Source of the DNA: Poseidonia sp.
GTDB lineage: Archaea; Thermoplasmatota; Poseidoniia; Poseidoniales; Poseidoniaceae
Reading direction: 5' to 3'
DNA length: 64,000 nt
NCBI GenBank assembly: GCA_016778305.1
Contig: JADHPT010000001.1
Location: forward strand, 64,320 to 128,319
In this document: positions 1 through 12,508 of the stretch, piece after piece
How positions within the stretch are numbered: the stretch's first letter is position 1
Layout: each line of letters starts with the position of its first letter
Made by a program: the position numbers and the translations under genes
The notes under the pieces: generated by a model
The model's input: the letters and a program-made list of their open reading frames with translations, nothing else
What the model was told of the DNA's origin: nothing
The model's database searches: none

Positions 1-3000
1 CTCTTTTCGGTCGGTGATCGAGGGACATCTGGAGCCTCCCAAGTCACGTCTCCCGGAACAGCGAAGAACGTCATAGCAATAGGCGCATCGACGACTGGCG
101 CATCTGGGACCGCAGGCGCTGGTGCAGTTGCTAATTTTTCTTCTTTAGGGCCAAGTCTTGACGGACGAATCAAACCCGACCTCGTTGCTCCCGGAGTTGG
201 CATTTGTTCAGGATTGGCTGAAGAGGCTCAAAACCCTGCTGGGCCAGATTGTCTCACAGGATCGCACGCTGGTGGAAACGCCTACTACATGTCCCTTTCA
301 GGTACGTCTCAAGCAACTGCAGTAGCATCCGGTGTGGCTGCGCTTACCCGTGAATTCATTCGTGAGCAGGCTGGTGTGAATTCACCATCCAGTGCGTTGG
401 TCAAAGCAGCCCTGATCAACGGAGCAACCGACTTGGGCACACCCGATATACCAAACAATATCGAGGGTTGGGGTCAGGTCAATCTCGAACGAACCGTGAT
501 GCCAACGGACGGGACGACAACGCTCGACACCTTCTTCGATGATGACAAACCGCTTGAATCTGGTTTTGGTCTCCTTTATTCCTTCTCACTTGACCCGTCT
601 CACGGGATTGATATCACCCTCGCATGGACCGATGAAGCGGGCAGTGCCAATGCCCCTGATAGCCAAAACCGACTGGTCAACGACCTTGATTTGATTCTCA
701 TCGATCCGTCAGGAACAGAATGGCTCGGCAATCAATTCTCACAAGGATTCTCAGTCACGGGTGGTTCCGCTGATGATACCAACAATGTAGAACGAATCCG
801 CATCGCTCCTGGAACCCTACAGCCCTCGCAAGGTCAATGGATTGTCCAGGTCCTCCACCGTGGCGGCACGACACAAAACTTTGGCCTCGTGATGGCAGCC
901 GTTGCGACTCCAACTCCGCAAGCGGATTTGGTAGTCTTTGACGGCAGTGTCCTCACCTCTTCTCTAAATCCACTCAAAGATGATCTGATTTCCATTCGCC
1001 TTGCTTGGGCGAACCAAGGAACGAGTATGTCCGGTGATTTTGACATCATTTTGGAAGACACGACAACCCAACAAACAATAGCAACATCCACTCGTTCTCC
1101 CCTTGAACCTGGAATGATTGATTCCTATACGATCTTCCATCAGTTCACCACGACCGGTATCCATTCCCTACGCTTGGCCATTGATACTGGAAATCAAGTC
1201 CCAGAAATGAACGATGCAAATAGTGGGACGGACAACAATATCTGGGAGCAGGATGTCGAGGTGACCGCTCTTGGTGTTCGAGTCGTCATTGCCAACGATG
1301 ATGGAACAATTCCTCAAACTGCGCAGGAACGCTCTGACAACGCTGTTGTTCATTTGGACGTCCGTAACGATTCTGGGATTGACCTGCCTCTTGTGATTCT
1401 CCACGAGGGTACGGGAAATCAATCGGTCTTGCTCTCTTCATCGATGGTTCAAATTCCAGCGCCCGGGCGGGACGACTTCTTCTTACCGAGCGATGATCTA
1501 TGGTCCAGAAACTTTGACGAGACACCTAATTTTATTCTCACTGCCCAAGGAACGCAGGACGCCAATAAAACGCTCAATCTACGACTTGAGGATTTAGACG
1601 CAGACCTCACATCGAACCCTGAAAACCCTCGTTTTGTTCGTGCAGGGACCTATGTGGTTGAACTCACAGCACGCTATGAATTCCAACCTACAGTTACACA
1701 TACCCAACGCGTCACCATCATTGTTGAACAAATTGATCAGGTCCAAGTGGTCACGGCGGGAAGCAGTGGGTTGTCTGCACAACCAGGTGGCTCGAGTTTC
1801 TTTTCAATTTCGGTGCGAAATACGGGGAATGCACCTGCGCAATACAGCATCGATTGTACCTCTGAACAACGATGGCAATTGATGCTCGGAGGATCAAATT
1901 CTTCCCAATTGGATTTCGAACCGCTCAATATTCTCGAGTACTTGCCAATGTCAATTCGCATTATTGTGCCTCTTGTCGCAAATGGAGTTCCTGCTGCGGG
2001 TGATACCGACCTAGTCACCTGTTACGTCACATCATTTACCGACCCTACAATGAATTTCACCGAAACAGTCAGCATTGAGGTATTGCCCCAGGAATCCTTT
2101 GACGTGAACTTGCTTGATGATGACGGTCCGGTTGGTCCTTCTCAAATCGCAGACGATATTTCAGTGGATAGCGGGCAACAAGTCCATCTGAATGTGTCAG
2201 TGGAAAATACTGGAAATATCGCAGTAGAATTGGAAGTATCAGTTTTGCCCGACAATCCACAATGGGCTATGGAAGTTCGTTATGATACACAAAAAGATTC
2301 ACGCAAAGTCACAATTGCATTGGCACCGGGGATGACTTCAACGGTTGAACTCGTCATGGCAGTCCCCCTCACCGCCAAAGAAGGCGACTCGAATACCTAT
2401 ACCATACGAACGGAGCGCTCCAATCAAAACTTCGTCCAAAATATCACGACATTGATTGTTCGTGATGAGTTGGGAATCATGCTTACGCCCCCTACTGATT
2501 CAACCATTGATGTTTCAATTGGTGACCTCTATTCCTATGGTGAATTTATCGCAAAGAACGTTGGAAATACCGACTTGACCTTGAATTGGACTCATGGGTT
2601 AGCTCCCGATGGATGGCAAGTAGGCTTCGCCAATCCAACGCTTTATCTTGAACCCCGTGAGGAAAAACTGGTCCGCTTTGGGCTCATCCCGCCAGCTCAA
2701 GAGCAAGTGTCCCAAAATGCGTTTGAAATCCTGATTGCGGTATCAGGGTCGAATGCTGGAAGAGTGGTTGAATCCAATCAAATGATGACCATTGCCGTTG
2801 TTGAATCCTCCTTTGCCAACATCACCGTTCAAAGTGAAAGCGAGCAACCACTTCGCGGTATTTCTCGCGATGATGGACGTTCTCTCACCTTTGTTATTCG
2901 CAACGATGGGAACATTCCATTGAATGCAGAGGTAAATGGAGTGTTGTTGGATAGTGATGAAATGGTCCGTAATGATTGGGATTTAGATCTGAGTGTTTCA

Positions 3001-3708
3001 ACACTAAATGACTTAGCAGTGGGTGAATCGGTTGATCTTATTGTTACGCTCATGCCATCTGAGTCAGTCAGTCGCTCAACGGCACAATTTCATCTCAATA
3101 TCACGGTAGGTGCGACCGTAGTTGCATCACAAATGATCGATGTAAGTGTTAAAACAGCCACCGGTGATGGTGGGCTGTTCAGCATGCTCCCTCCGGCAGT
3201 GAGCGGCGGGCTTATCGCTGTCATTCTCATCGGTCTCATCGTGGTCGGTCGTCGCATGAAAAAGTCAGGTGAAATGGGTGACGACGGATTGGAATTGGTA
3301 GCGCCAAATACACATGTCAGTCCGGACCATCTCAACGAACGCCGCAATGATGCGCTCGATCTGGGCAATGCAGTTGATGACTTGACCAGCGGGGAAGTAA
3401 GCGATGATGAAATAGCACAGGCTATCATGCAATCAATGGATCTTCCAGCACTTCCGACTCAAGTTCCCTCGGGATTGCCCCCTGGGGGCTTGTCTCCTCG
3501 TGGAGCCGCTCCCGCACCTCTGCCACAGGGTCTTCCACCAGCAGGGATGCCTCCAGTAGCGAAACCTCTACCTCCATTACCACAACCTCTTCCAGTTCAG
3601 CCAGTCGTCCAGAGCGGCCCTCCTCTTCCTCCTGGTGGATTACCGTCAGGTTGGACGGCCGAACAATGGCGGCATTATGGCCATGAATGGTTGAAGCGAC
3701 AAGGCTGA
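1..3708 (+). CDS. S8 subtilisin-like serine peptidase, 5'-partial, with a long C-terminal repeat region (CARDB-like), one TM helix and a proline-rich cytoplasmic tail
   Basis: The same frame upstream of the first Met (nt 1-213) reads NVIAIGAS...SSLGPSLDGRIKPDLVAPG, and GTSQATAVASGVAAL is the catalytic Ser motif. Repeated NTGN/NVGN motifs are typical of CARDB domains. The TM segment is GGLIAVILIGLIVVG near the C-terminus, followed by a tail rich in PxxP/LPP. Confidence 0.8.
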   Translation, partial: LFSVGDRGTSGASQVTSPGTAKNVIAIGASTTGASGTAGAGAVANFSSLGPSLDGRIKPDLVAPGVGICSGLAEEAQNPAGPDCLTGSHAGGNAYYMSLSGTSQATAVASGVAALTREFIREQAGVNSPSSALVKAALINGATDLGTPDIPNNIEGWGQVNLERTVMPTDGTTTLDTFFDDDKPLESGFGLLYSFSLDPSHGIDITLAWTDEAGSANAPDSQNRLVNDLDLILIDPSGTEWLGNQFSQGFSVTGGSADDTNNVERIRIAPGTLQPSQGQWIVQVLHRGGTTQNFGLVMAAVATPTPQADLVVFDGSVLTSSLNPLKDDLISIRLAWANQGTSMSGDFDIILEDTTTQQTIATSTRSPLEPGMIDSYTIFHQFTTTGIHSLRLAIDTGNQVPEMNDANSGTDNNIWEQDVEVTALGVRVVIANDDGTIPQTAQERSDNAVVHLDVRNDSGIDLPLVILHEGTGNQSVLLSSSMVQIPAPGRDDFFLPSDDLWSRNFDETPNFILTAQGTQDANKTLNLRLEDLDADLTSNPENPRFVRAGTYVVELTARYEFQPTVTHTQRVTIIVEQIDQVQVVTAGSSGLSAQPGGSSFFSISVRNTGNAPAQYSIDCTSEQRWQLMLGGSNSSQLDFEPLNILEYLPMSIRIIVPLVANGVPAAGDTDLVTCYVTSFTDPTMNFTETVSIEVLPQESFDVNLLDDDGPVGPSQIADDISVDSGQQVHLNVSVENTGNIAVELEVSVLPDNPQWAMEVRYDTQKDSRKVTIALAPGMTSTVELVMAVPLTAKEGDSNTYTIRTERSNQNFVQNITTLIVRDELGIMLTPPTDSTIDVSIGDLYSYGEFIAKNVGNTDLTLNWTHGLAPDGWQVGFANPTLYLEPREEKLVRFGLIPPAQEQVSQNAFEILIAVSGSNAGRVVESNQMMTIAVVESSFANITVQSESEQPLRGISRDDGRSLTFVIRNDGNIPLNAEVNGVLLDSDEMVRNDWDLDLSVSTLNDLAVGESVDLIVTLMPSESVSRSTAQFHLNITVGATVVASQMIDVSVKTATGDGGLFSMLPPAVSGGLIAVILIGLIVVGRRMKKSGEMGDDGLELVAPNTHVSPDHLNERRNDALDLGNAVDDLTSGEVSDDEIAQAIMQSMDLPALPTQVPSGLPPGGLSPRGAAPAPLPQGLPPAGMPPVAKPLPPLPQPLPVQPVVQSGPPLPPGGLPSGWTAEQWRHYGHEWLKRQG

Positions 3709-3750
3709 AACCGTGTCAACGTTGAAAGGGTGGAGTGTGCACCCCAATCC

Positions 3751-4377
3751 ATGGGCAGTATCGTTCTCTTTGGTCCCCCCGGAGCCGGCAAAGGTACTCA
3801 GGCACAACGGATCACCGAACACACCAGCCTGCCGCAGGTGTCAACTGGAGACATGCTCCGTGCTGCGGTCAAAGCGGGTACGGCTATCGGTCTTGAAGCA
3901 AAATCATACATGGATCGAGGCGCTCTTGTTCCCGACGACGTGATCCTCGGTCTCATCGAAGAGCGAATAGCGGAAAATGATGCTAAAAATGGTGTGATGT
4001 TTGATGGCTTTCCAAGAACCATTCCGCAAGCTGAAGCGCTCAGTGAACTTACCGAGATTACGCATGTCTTGGCCATTGACGTCCCCGATGAACGAATCGT
4101 TGAACGTATCTGTGGACGTTTGACCTGTGGGACCTGTGGGACTGTCTATCATGATGTATTCAACCCCGTACCGGGTGATGGGTGCGAATGCGGTCAATAC
4201 GTTGAGAAACGCCGCGCTGACGACACGGAAGCAACCGTCTTGACACGCCTCGGAGCATATCACGAACAAACATCACCTCTTGCCTCATGGTATGAGGAAC
4301 GGGGGCTGTTTCACAGAGTTGACGGCGACCGGGCGATTGATGACATTACGACAGATCTACTCTACGTACTTCAGTGA
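3751..4377 (+). CDS. adk: adenylate kinase (bacterial/long type with zinc-binding lid)
   Basis: P-loop IVLFGPPGAGKGTQ. The lid contains CGRLTCGTCG...CECG (4 Cys). The ORF track starts at 3730, but the conserved N-terminus begins at MGSIVLF (ATG 3751). Confidence 0.85.
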   Translation: MGSIVLFGPPGAGKGTQAQRITEHTSLPQVSTGDMLRAAVKAGTAIGLEAKSYMDRGALVPDDVILGLIEERIAENDAKNGVMFDGFPRTIPQAEALSELTEITHVLAIDVPDERIVERICGRLTCGTCGTVYHDVFNPVPGDGCECGQYVEKRRADDTEATVLTRLGAYHEQTSPLASWYEERGLFHRVDGDRAIDDITTDLLYVLQ

Positions 4378-4386
4378 GGGTTTCAA

Positions 4387-4743
4387 ATGGGCCGCCGCAA
4401 GCAACGACGTTCACGCCTACAACGTGAGCAGAAGGCACAACGTGCTCAGTCACACCTCACAACGATCCTCCTTCATCCTCTTGAGCATCCTCGCGATGTT
4501 GTTGAATCGGCCGCAGTCCACCTTTCCAAGGTGTCACAACGCCATCGCTTACCCCTTCCTTCTCTGGTTCGTTCACGGGTGTGCCGTAAGTGTTGGGGAT
4601 CGCACAGTTTCACCGCTCAATTCCGTGTCCGTATCAAGGCGGGTCAACGCATCCATACATGCCTTCATTGCGGATACATCCGGAGGTATGGGGCTGGGCC
4701 CAAAGCACATCGAATAGCGCGAATCAACGGACGGAGTGATTGA
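4387..4743 (+). CDS. RNase P protein component Rpp21/Rnp4-like zinc-ribbon protein
   Basis: About 118 aa with a basic N-terminus. CRKCWGSHSF...VRIKAGQRIHTCLHCGY follows the C-x2-C ... C-x2-C pattern of archaeal Rpp21. Its stop abuts the next start. Confidence 0.55.
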   Translation: MGRRKQRRSRLQREQKAQRAQSHLTTILLHPLEHPRDVVESAAVHLSKVSQRHRLPLPSLVRSRVCRKCWGSHSFTAQFRVRIKAGQRIHTCLHCGYIRRYGAGPKAHRIARINGRSD

Positions 4744-5010
4744 ATGGCAACCATTCCATCCAACATCCTAAGCGAGGCGAAATCTCGCGATTTTCGACCC
4801 AGTGTGCGCATCGGTAAATCCGGGCTAAGTGAGACGGTTATGGATGAAATACGTCAGCAATTACGTTCTCGCTCGCTGGTGAAAATCAAAGTCAACAAGG
4901 GCCTTTTCGAGCGTGAACAACGTTCAGCTGTTTGGGCTCAAATCGCAGAGCAATGCGATGCTACACTGGTCTTGCAGCGTGGAAATATTGGCGTATTGTG
5001 GCGAAGTTGA
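4744..5010 (+). CDS. YhbY/CRM-domain RNA-binding protein
   Basis: 88 aa. SVRIGKSGLSE...IRQQL...LVKIKV matches the CRS1/YhbY fold signature. The start is contiguous with the preceding stop (TGA-ATG). Confidence 0.6.
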   Translation: MATIPSNILSEAKSRDFRPSVRIGKSGLSETVMDEIRQQLRSRSLVKIKVNKGLFEREQRSAVWAQIAEQCDATLVLQRGNIGVLWRS

Positions 5011-5072
5011 TTCTTCTGGAAGCAAAGTGTCAAAGAGTGACCACGGCTCGGACAATCTACTGAGGTCACCTT

Positions 5073-6833
5073 ATGAACTCTCATCTTTTCACAAACCGAA
5101 GTCGACAGATTTCTTTCCTTCTCTTGATTTTTGTAGGTTTCATGCTTCTCTCTGGATACACGCAAGCAGCAGGTGGTGGAGGTGTTGGCATTGAGGTGCA
5201 CATCAAAGACGGCTTGGAATCACAAGCCATTATCGTTGGTCTCATCATACTCTTCGGTGTTTATACCCTGATCATTTTCGAGTGGGTCCACCGAACTCTT
5301 GCCGCTGCTGTGGGCGGCCTTCTCGCAGTTTTGGCTTTGAATTATTACGCCGTTGAAGACACCTTTACACTCGCTGAAATTACTACGATGATCGATTGGG
5401 AAACCATCGGGCTGCTGCTGGGGATGATGGTCATGGTCGGGATTCTTTCAAATACAGGTGTATTCGAGTATTTTGCAGTTCTTTCCTACAAGAAAAGCGG
5501 GGGTTCAATTTGGACACTTGTAGTCATTCTCTGTTCTGTTACCGCAGTTCTTTCGGCATTCTTAGACAACGTCACTACGATGCTTTTGTTGACGCCAGTG
5601 ACCATCCAACTTGCTAAAGTTCTGGATATCAAACCAATACCGTTATTGATTTCTGAAGTGTTGTTTTCAAACATTGGCGGTGCAGCCACCATGATCGGTG
5701 ACCCCCCAAATATCATGATCGGGTCAGGTCTTTCAGCGAGCAAGATTGCCAGTGCTGAAGACGGCAAATATGTCGACCCTACCTACAACGGTGGTGCCGG
5801 TATTGATTTGTCTCAATACGGTGTGACATTCAACGATTTCATCATCGAGATGGCGCCGGGTATCCTCATGTGCATTGTGCCCTCGTTCATGTTTTTGAAG
5901 TGGTTTTACGCCGATGAATTTTCCGGAACACGAATTCGTGACATCGCAGAGCTCGAAGCAAAGTATGGAATCAAAGATCCAGCAAAGCTCAGAGTTGCTG
6001 GTGTGATTCTTGTTCTCGTCATCATTAATTTCTTTGCTCACCCGATCACGCACATCGCCGTTTCCTGGATTGCTCTGGTTGGTGCTGTGGTCATGCTCCT
6101 TGCGACCGATCGACACGAACTTGAGGAACCTCTGCACCACGTAGAATGGACTACGCTCCTCTTCTTTGCCGGGCTTTTCGTCCTCGTGCACTCGCTTCAG
6201 GAAATTGGTGTGATCGCCTTTATTGGAGAATATGTGGAAAAGGCCATTGAATTCTTTGGCAGTGATACCGGAGATGGACGAACAGTACGCCTTGCTGCCG
6301 CCATTCTCATCGTCCTTTGGGTTTCTGCGGTTGCATCTGCATTCATCGATAATATTCCTTACACCGCAACAATGATACCAATCGTGTTGCAAATTTCATA
6401 CAATCTCGGCGATTACCTCCTCACTCCACTTATTTGGGCTCTGGCCTTCGGAGCCTGTCTTGGAGGCAACGGGACGCTCATTGGTGCGTCAGCGAACGTG
6501 GTTACGGCAGGGATGTCAGAGGATGCCGGTTACCCTATCTCATTCAATGAATTTTTCAGGGCTGGATTCCCAATCATGATCATCACGACTTTCATCGTGT
6601 CCTTGTACATGCTGTTGGTCTTCGTTGTCGGTGGAGAAGAAGGTGCCAATTCTGTCAAACTCATCCTTATTGGTGTCACATCGTTGAGCATCATCGGTCA
6701 GTTGGCTCGTGGACGGAGCAAAGGGAAGTCATTCTCAGAAGCTCTGGTTGACGATGAAATAGATGGCATCGAAGAAATGATTGTTAACACCAAAAGCGTC
6801 GTTGTTGGTATGCTTCGTGGAGAAGAAGAGTGA
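5073..6833 (+). CDS. ArsB/NhaD-superfamily anion permease (polytopic membrane transporter)
   Basis: Multiple TM segments; TTMLLLTPVT and GGNGTLIGASANVV motifs are characteristic of the ArsB/NhaD/YbiR permease family. Confidence 0.7.
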   Translation: MNSHLFTNRSRQISFLLLIFVGFMLLSGYTQAAGGGGVGIEVHIKDGLESQAIIVGLIILFGVYTLIIFEWVHRTLAAAVGGLLAVLALNYYAVEDTFTLAEITTMIDWETIGLLLGMMVMVGILSNTGVFEYFAVLSYKKSGGSIWTLVVILCSVTAVLSAFLDNVTTMLLLTPVTIQLAKVLDIKPIPLLISEVLFSNIGGAATMIGDPPNIMIGSGLSASKIASAEDGKYVDPTYNGGAGIDLSQYGVTFNDFIIEMAPGILMCIVPSFMFLKWFYADEFSGTRIRDIAELEAKYGIKDPAKLRVAGVILVLVIINFFAHPITHIAVSWIALVGAVVMLLATDRHELEEPLHHVEWTTLLFFAGLFVLVHSLQEIGVIAFIGEYVEKAIEFFGSDTGDGRTVRLAAAILIVLWVSAVASAFIDNIPYTATMIPIVLQISYNLGDYLLTPLIWALAFGACLGGNGTLIGASANVVTAGMSEDAGYPISFNEFFRAGFPIMIITTFIVSLYMLLVFVVGGEEGANSVKLILIGVTSLSIIGQLARGRSKGKSFSEALVDDEIDGIEEMIVNTKSVVVGMLRGEEE

Positions 6834-6896
6834 GTCGCAATCACATGGGCGCTGAGTTCAAGTCCTTTGGCGGCAAGGCTATGATGAGGCAGAGCC

Positions 6897-8330
6897 ATGT
6901 TTGAGTGCAGAGTCTGCGGTTTGCTTTCCCTGCGTGGGACATCATGCCCAGCTTGTGGCAGTCAACATCGTGACGATTTGTCAACCACATTGGACTCTGA
7001 AGAAATTCTCCCTACGGACGTCCCGGGTTTGAATGATGCAGCAGAATCTTGGTATGACTTGGAAGGTATTGAGCCTCCGGTGCCGGACGAGAACGGGGAA
7101 CAGTCTGGGGCTACCAGTAACCTACCGTTTGGATTCCAAGGTGAATCCAACGTTTATTCCTCGAATTTACCGTTCGGCATCGGTAGTTTTGCTGAAGGTA
7201 TACCGTTTGATTCCACTGAGTCAGAAGATGGCCGATTGCCGTTGACTTCAGAACCTGCTGAGTTCGTCAAGGCAGTCGAGACAGAACAACCCTCTCTAGC
7301 AACTCCATTCGCACCAATGGCGGAGAAGCCTGCTCCAGTACCCCAGGCTGCCGCCGTGGACGAGGTGCTCGCTCCAGCGCCCCTTACGCTCCCAACGACG
7401 CCTCCAACCACCCCCCCCGTTCTTGTTGATGAAGTAGAACCAATGCTCGAACTCCCTCCCCTTGAAGCACCTGCTAAGGTCGAACAACTTACACCCCCTG
7501 TTGCACCCGCTCCACTTTCCCAACCGGTCCGACTTGACTCAGCCCGTTTGGTTTCACAAGCGTCCGATACAGAGGAAGAAGACGTACCTGCCTATTGGAA
7601 AATTGATGCAGAGATTCCTGATTACGAAGAGATCTATGGCCATACTGACGAGGTGATCGAGGTGAGTTATGCCTCCCTCGATGAAGATGTCGTAGTCTAT
7701 GACCACTCAACTGATTCGCCTGCAGCAGTATTTTACTCTCCCCTGGAAGCATCACCGCCCCAATCCGTTGCACCCTCAATTCAACTGGATCTTCATCCTA
7801 TTCAGGCTCTCAATGTGGACGTGGGGGGGAATCAAGAATTAGCTTCCTTCCTTCAGGAAGGATTTCAAGCGATGCAACAACAATCATGGTCGAAAGCAGC
7901 AAGAAGCTTTCAGAAGTTGGCTTCCCGACTGCCTTCCAGTCCTGAAGTTTTCAACAATTACGGCATTGCCTTACTCCAGCGTGCCTCGAGTATGAAGGCG
8001 GACCCTGACCCTCAGCAACAGCAACTTGCTGAAGCACAATTTGAATCGGCTATCCTGGCGCTTCGAGAAGCAGCAAAGAATGCTCCAACCAATGGCGAAA
8101 TCTTGATCAATCTAGCACATGCCCTCATCGACAGTGGTCGTTCGGAGAAAGCCTTGGGTATCATGAACGTGCACAATGCCCGAGATGAAGGCTCTGTCAA
8201 AGGTCTCAATACTGCAGCTGTTGCGATGTTCCAACTTGGGCAACCCGCCCAGGCTATCGCTACCCTCAAACTCGCCGGAAGCGACGATGTAGTTCAACGA
8301 AATTTGGCACAATTTTCTGCACAATCATAG
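6897..8330 (+). CDS. hypothetical acidic protein with an N-terminal zinc ribbon, a Pro/Ala-rich linker and a C-terminal TPR-like region
   Basis: CRVCGLLSLRGTSCPACGS at the N-terminus; a long low-complexity acidic stretch and PTTPPTTPP linker; C-terminal helical repeats. Confidence 0.5.
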   Translation: MFECRVCGLLSLRGTSCPACGSQHRDDLSTTLDSEEILPTDVPGLNDAAESWYDLEGIEPPVPDENGEQSGATSNLPFGFQGESNVYSSNLPFGIGSFAEGIPFDSTESEDGRLPLTSEPAEFVKAVETEQPSLATPFAPMAEKPAPVPQAAAVDEVLAPAPLTLPTTPPTTPPVLVDEVEPMLELPPLEAPAKVEQLTPPVAPAPLSQPVRLDSARLVSQASDTEEEDVPAYWKIDAEIPDYEEIYGHTDEVIEVSYASLDEDVVVYDHSTDSPAAVFYSPLEASPPQSVAPSIQLDLHPIQALNVDVGGNQELASFLQEGFQAMQQQSWSKAARSFQKLASRLPSSPEVFNNYGIALLQRASSMKADPDPQQQQLAEAQFESAILALREAAKNAPTNGEILINLAHALIDSGRSEKALGIMNVHNARDEGSVKGLNTAAVAMFQLGQPAQAIATLKLAGSDDVVQRNLAQFSAQS

Positions 8331-8548
8331 ATTCAGTCCCATGGGGGCAGAAAAAGGTCGTAAACACGAAGACTGTTCTTCATCCACTGGACCTTTAATG
8401 ACCGATTTCTTCTTATACGGGGGGAAGGTCGGGTGGTTGCTTAGCACCCTGTTATGCACGTTGTGATGGGGGAAGGGCTGAGGAGAATCACCCCGAGGAG
8501 GTGGTTTTCTGAGGAGGCCGAATTGGCATGATATAGATACCGAAGGGT

Positions 8549-8577
8549 TACTCATATGGTGTGGTAACATACACATG
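8549..8577 (+). other. 5' strand of the 23S rRNA processing stem (pairs with 11432-11457)
   Basis: tactcatatggtgtggtaacatacacatg is nearly perfectly complementary to cgtgtatgtatccgcaccatgagtg downstream of the 23S. Confidence 0.6.
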
Positions 8578-11428
<2,851 letters not shown>

Positions 11429-11431
11429 TTT

Positions 11432-11457
11432 CCGTGTATGTATCCGCACCATGAGTG
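11432..11457 (+). other. 3' strand of the 23S rRNA processing stem
   Basis: Complementary to 8549-8577; see above. Confidence 0.6.
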
Positions 11458-11527
11458 CCCTTCGTCTAAAATTTCATGCCAATTCATTTGCGACGCTACG
11501 TCGCATCCTATCCGATTCGAAAAGAGA

Positions 11528-11650
11528 TGGGTGCACGGTCACAGCGAAGGTGTTTACCTGGTCCCATTCCGAACCCAGAAGTCAAGCCCTTCTGCGTCTC
11601 TCCCATTACTGTGGTACGAGAGTCCACGGGAAAGGAAGTCACTGTGCCCC
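11528..11650 (+). rRNA. rrf: 5S rRNA
   Basis: Contains the conserved CCCATTCCGAACCCAGAAGTCAAGCC core and GTACGAGAGTCC. Its 5' GGGTGCACGGTCAC pairs with 3' GTCACTGTGCCCC (helix I). Confidence 0.8.
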
Positions 11651-11693
11651 TCTCTTTTCACCTCGGGTATCCTCAGCCCGTTAGGGCGCACTA

Positions 11694-11724
11694 GGCCGGA
11701 CCTCGTTAGAGGCCGGTCTTTTTT
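11694..11724 (+). terminator. GC-rich hairpin followed by T6, the likely terminator of the 23S-5S transcript
   Basis: ggCCGGaCCTC-gtta-GAGGCCGG followed by tcTTTTTT; there is also an oligo-T tract directly after the 5S (tctcttttc). Confidence 0.5.
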
Positions 11725-11787
11725 GCGTTCTAGTGGAATCCCAACACCATCTTTTAGAACCAACGTCCCAACCTTAGGAATGATCAC

Positions 11788-12450
11788 ATGCCAATCGATA
11801 CCGTAGATATTTTTGGTAGCGACCAGGTTGGTGTCCATCTTGCTACGGTAGGGAAAGTTCTTTTTCACCCTCCTGAACTTCCAGAACCTACTCTTGAGAT
11901 TCTATCAACGAATATCGGATTAGAACTCCACCCCATCTCCATCGGAGGCTCCAACCTTGTTGGTGCCCTTGTATCCGGCAACCAGCGCGGGATTGCAGTT
12001 GCAGACATCGCAACAGAGGAAGATATTGACAAATTGACATCATTTGGTGATGTTGTCGTAATGGAAGGCGGCGTCAATACTGCGGGGAATCTCCTGGTCG
12101 TGAATGATCACGGTGCTGTAGCCTCACCAAGCATCCCCCAAGATGGCTTGGAGATATTAGCAGAGGTTTTGGGTGTTGACATTGTTTCTACCACCGTTGC
12201 TGGACAAGACGTCGTCGGAAGTCTCGCAATCGCCAACGACCAAGGTGTCCTTCTTCATCCAGATGTGACACCTGATGAAGCCATGCTGATTGAGGATATT
12301 CTCGGCGTTCCGCCCATGGTCGGGACCGTGTCCTTCGGTTCGCCCTATGTTGGAGCCGGTACGTGCGCCTCAAATGACGGAGCTGTATCTGGAACAAAAA
12401 CAACAGGCCCTGAACTGAATCGAATTGAAGATGCACTTGGTTTCCTCTGA
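11788..12450 (+). CDS. eif6: translation initiation factor 6 (aIF6/eIF6, ribosome anti-association factor)
   Basis: 220 aa with a five-fold internally repeated fold signature: ...GSDQVGVH..., ...GNQRGIAV..., NDHGAV, NDQGVL, SNDGAV. Confidence 0.75.
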   Translation: MPIDTVDIFGSDQVGVHLATVGKVLFHPPELPEPTLEILSTNIGLELHPISIGGSNLVGALVSGNQRGIAVADIATEEDIDKLTSFGDVVVMEGGVNTAGNLLVVNDHGAVASPSIPQDGLEILAEVLGVDIVSTTVAGQDVVGSLAIANDQGVLLHPDVTPDEAMLIEDILGVPPMVGTVSFGSPYVGAGTCASNDGAVSGTKTTGPELNRIEDALGFL

Positions 12451-12508
12451 TGGTTCACCATGAAACGAATGTGAAACCTTCAAAGGCTGGATTCTCGGAC
12501 ATCTTGGC

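Noticed and set aside
3713-4076. Overlapping ORFs 3713..3943 (+) and 3798..4076 (-) at the adk locus
   Set aside because: adk (P-loop, Zn lid) accounts for the region. The overlapping frames lack motifs and are out of frame or antisense.
8529-8538. TATA-like gatatagata considered as the rRNA promoter
   Set aside because: It lies only about 15 nt upstream of the processing-stem strand, which must be part of the primary transcript. A promoter further upstream, such as the cttatacg motif near 8413, is more plausible.
11651-11725. Possible tRNA (for example tRNA-Cys) after the 5S, as in haloarchaeal rRNA operons
   Set aside because: No cloverleaf could be drawn and there is no T-loop GTTCRA motif. 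The sequence instead forms a simple GC hairpin followed by oligo-T, which is a terminator.
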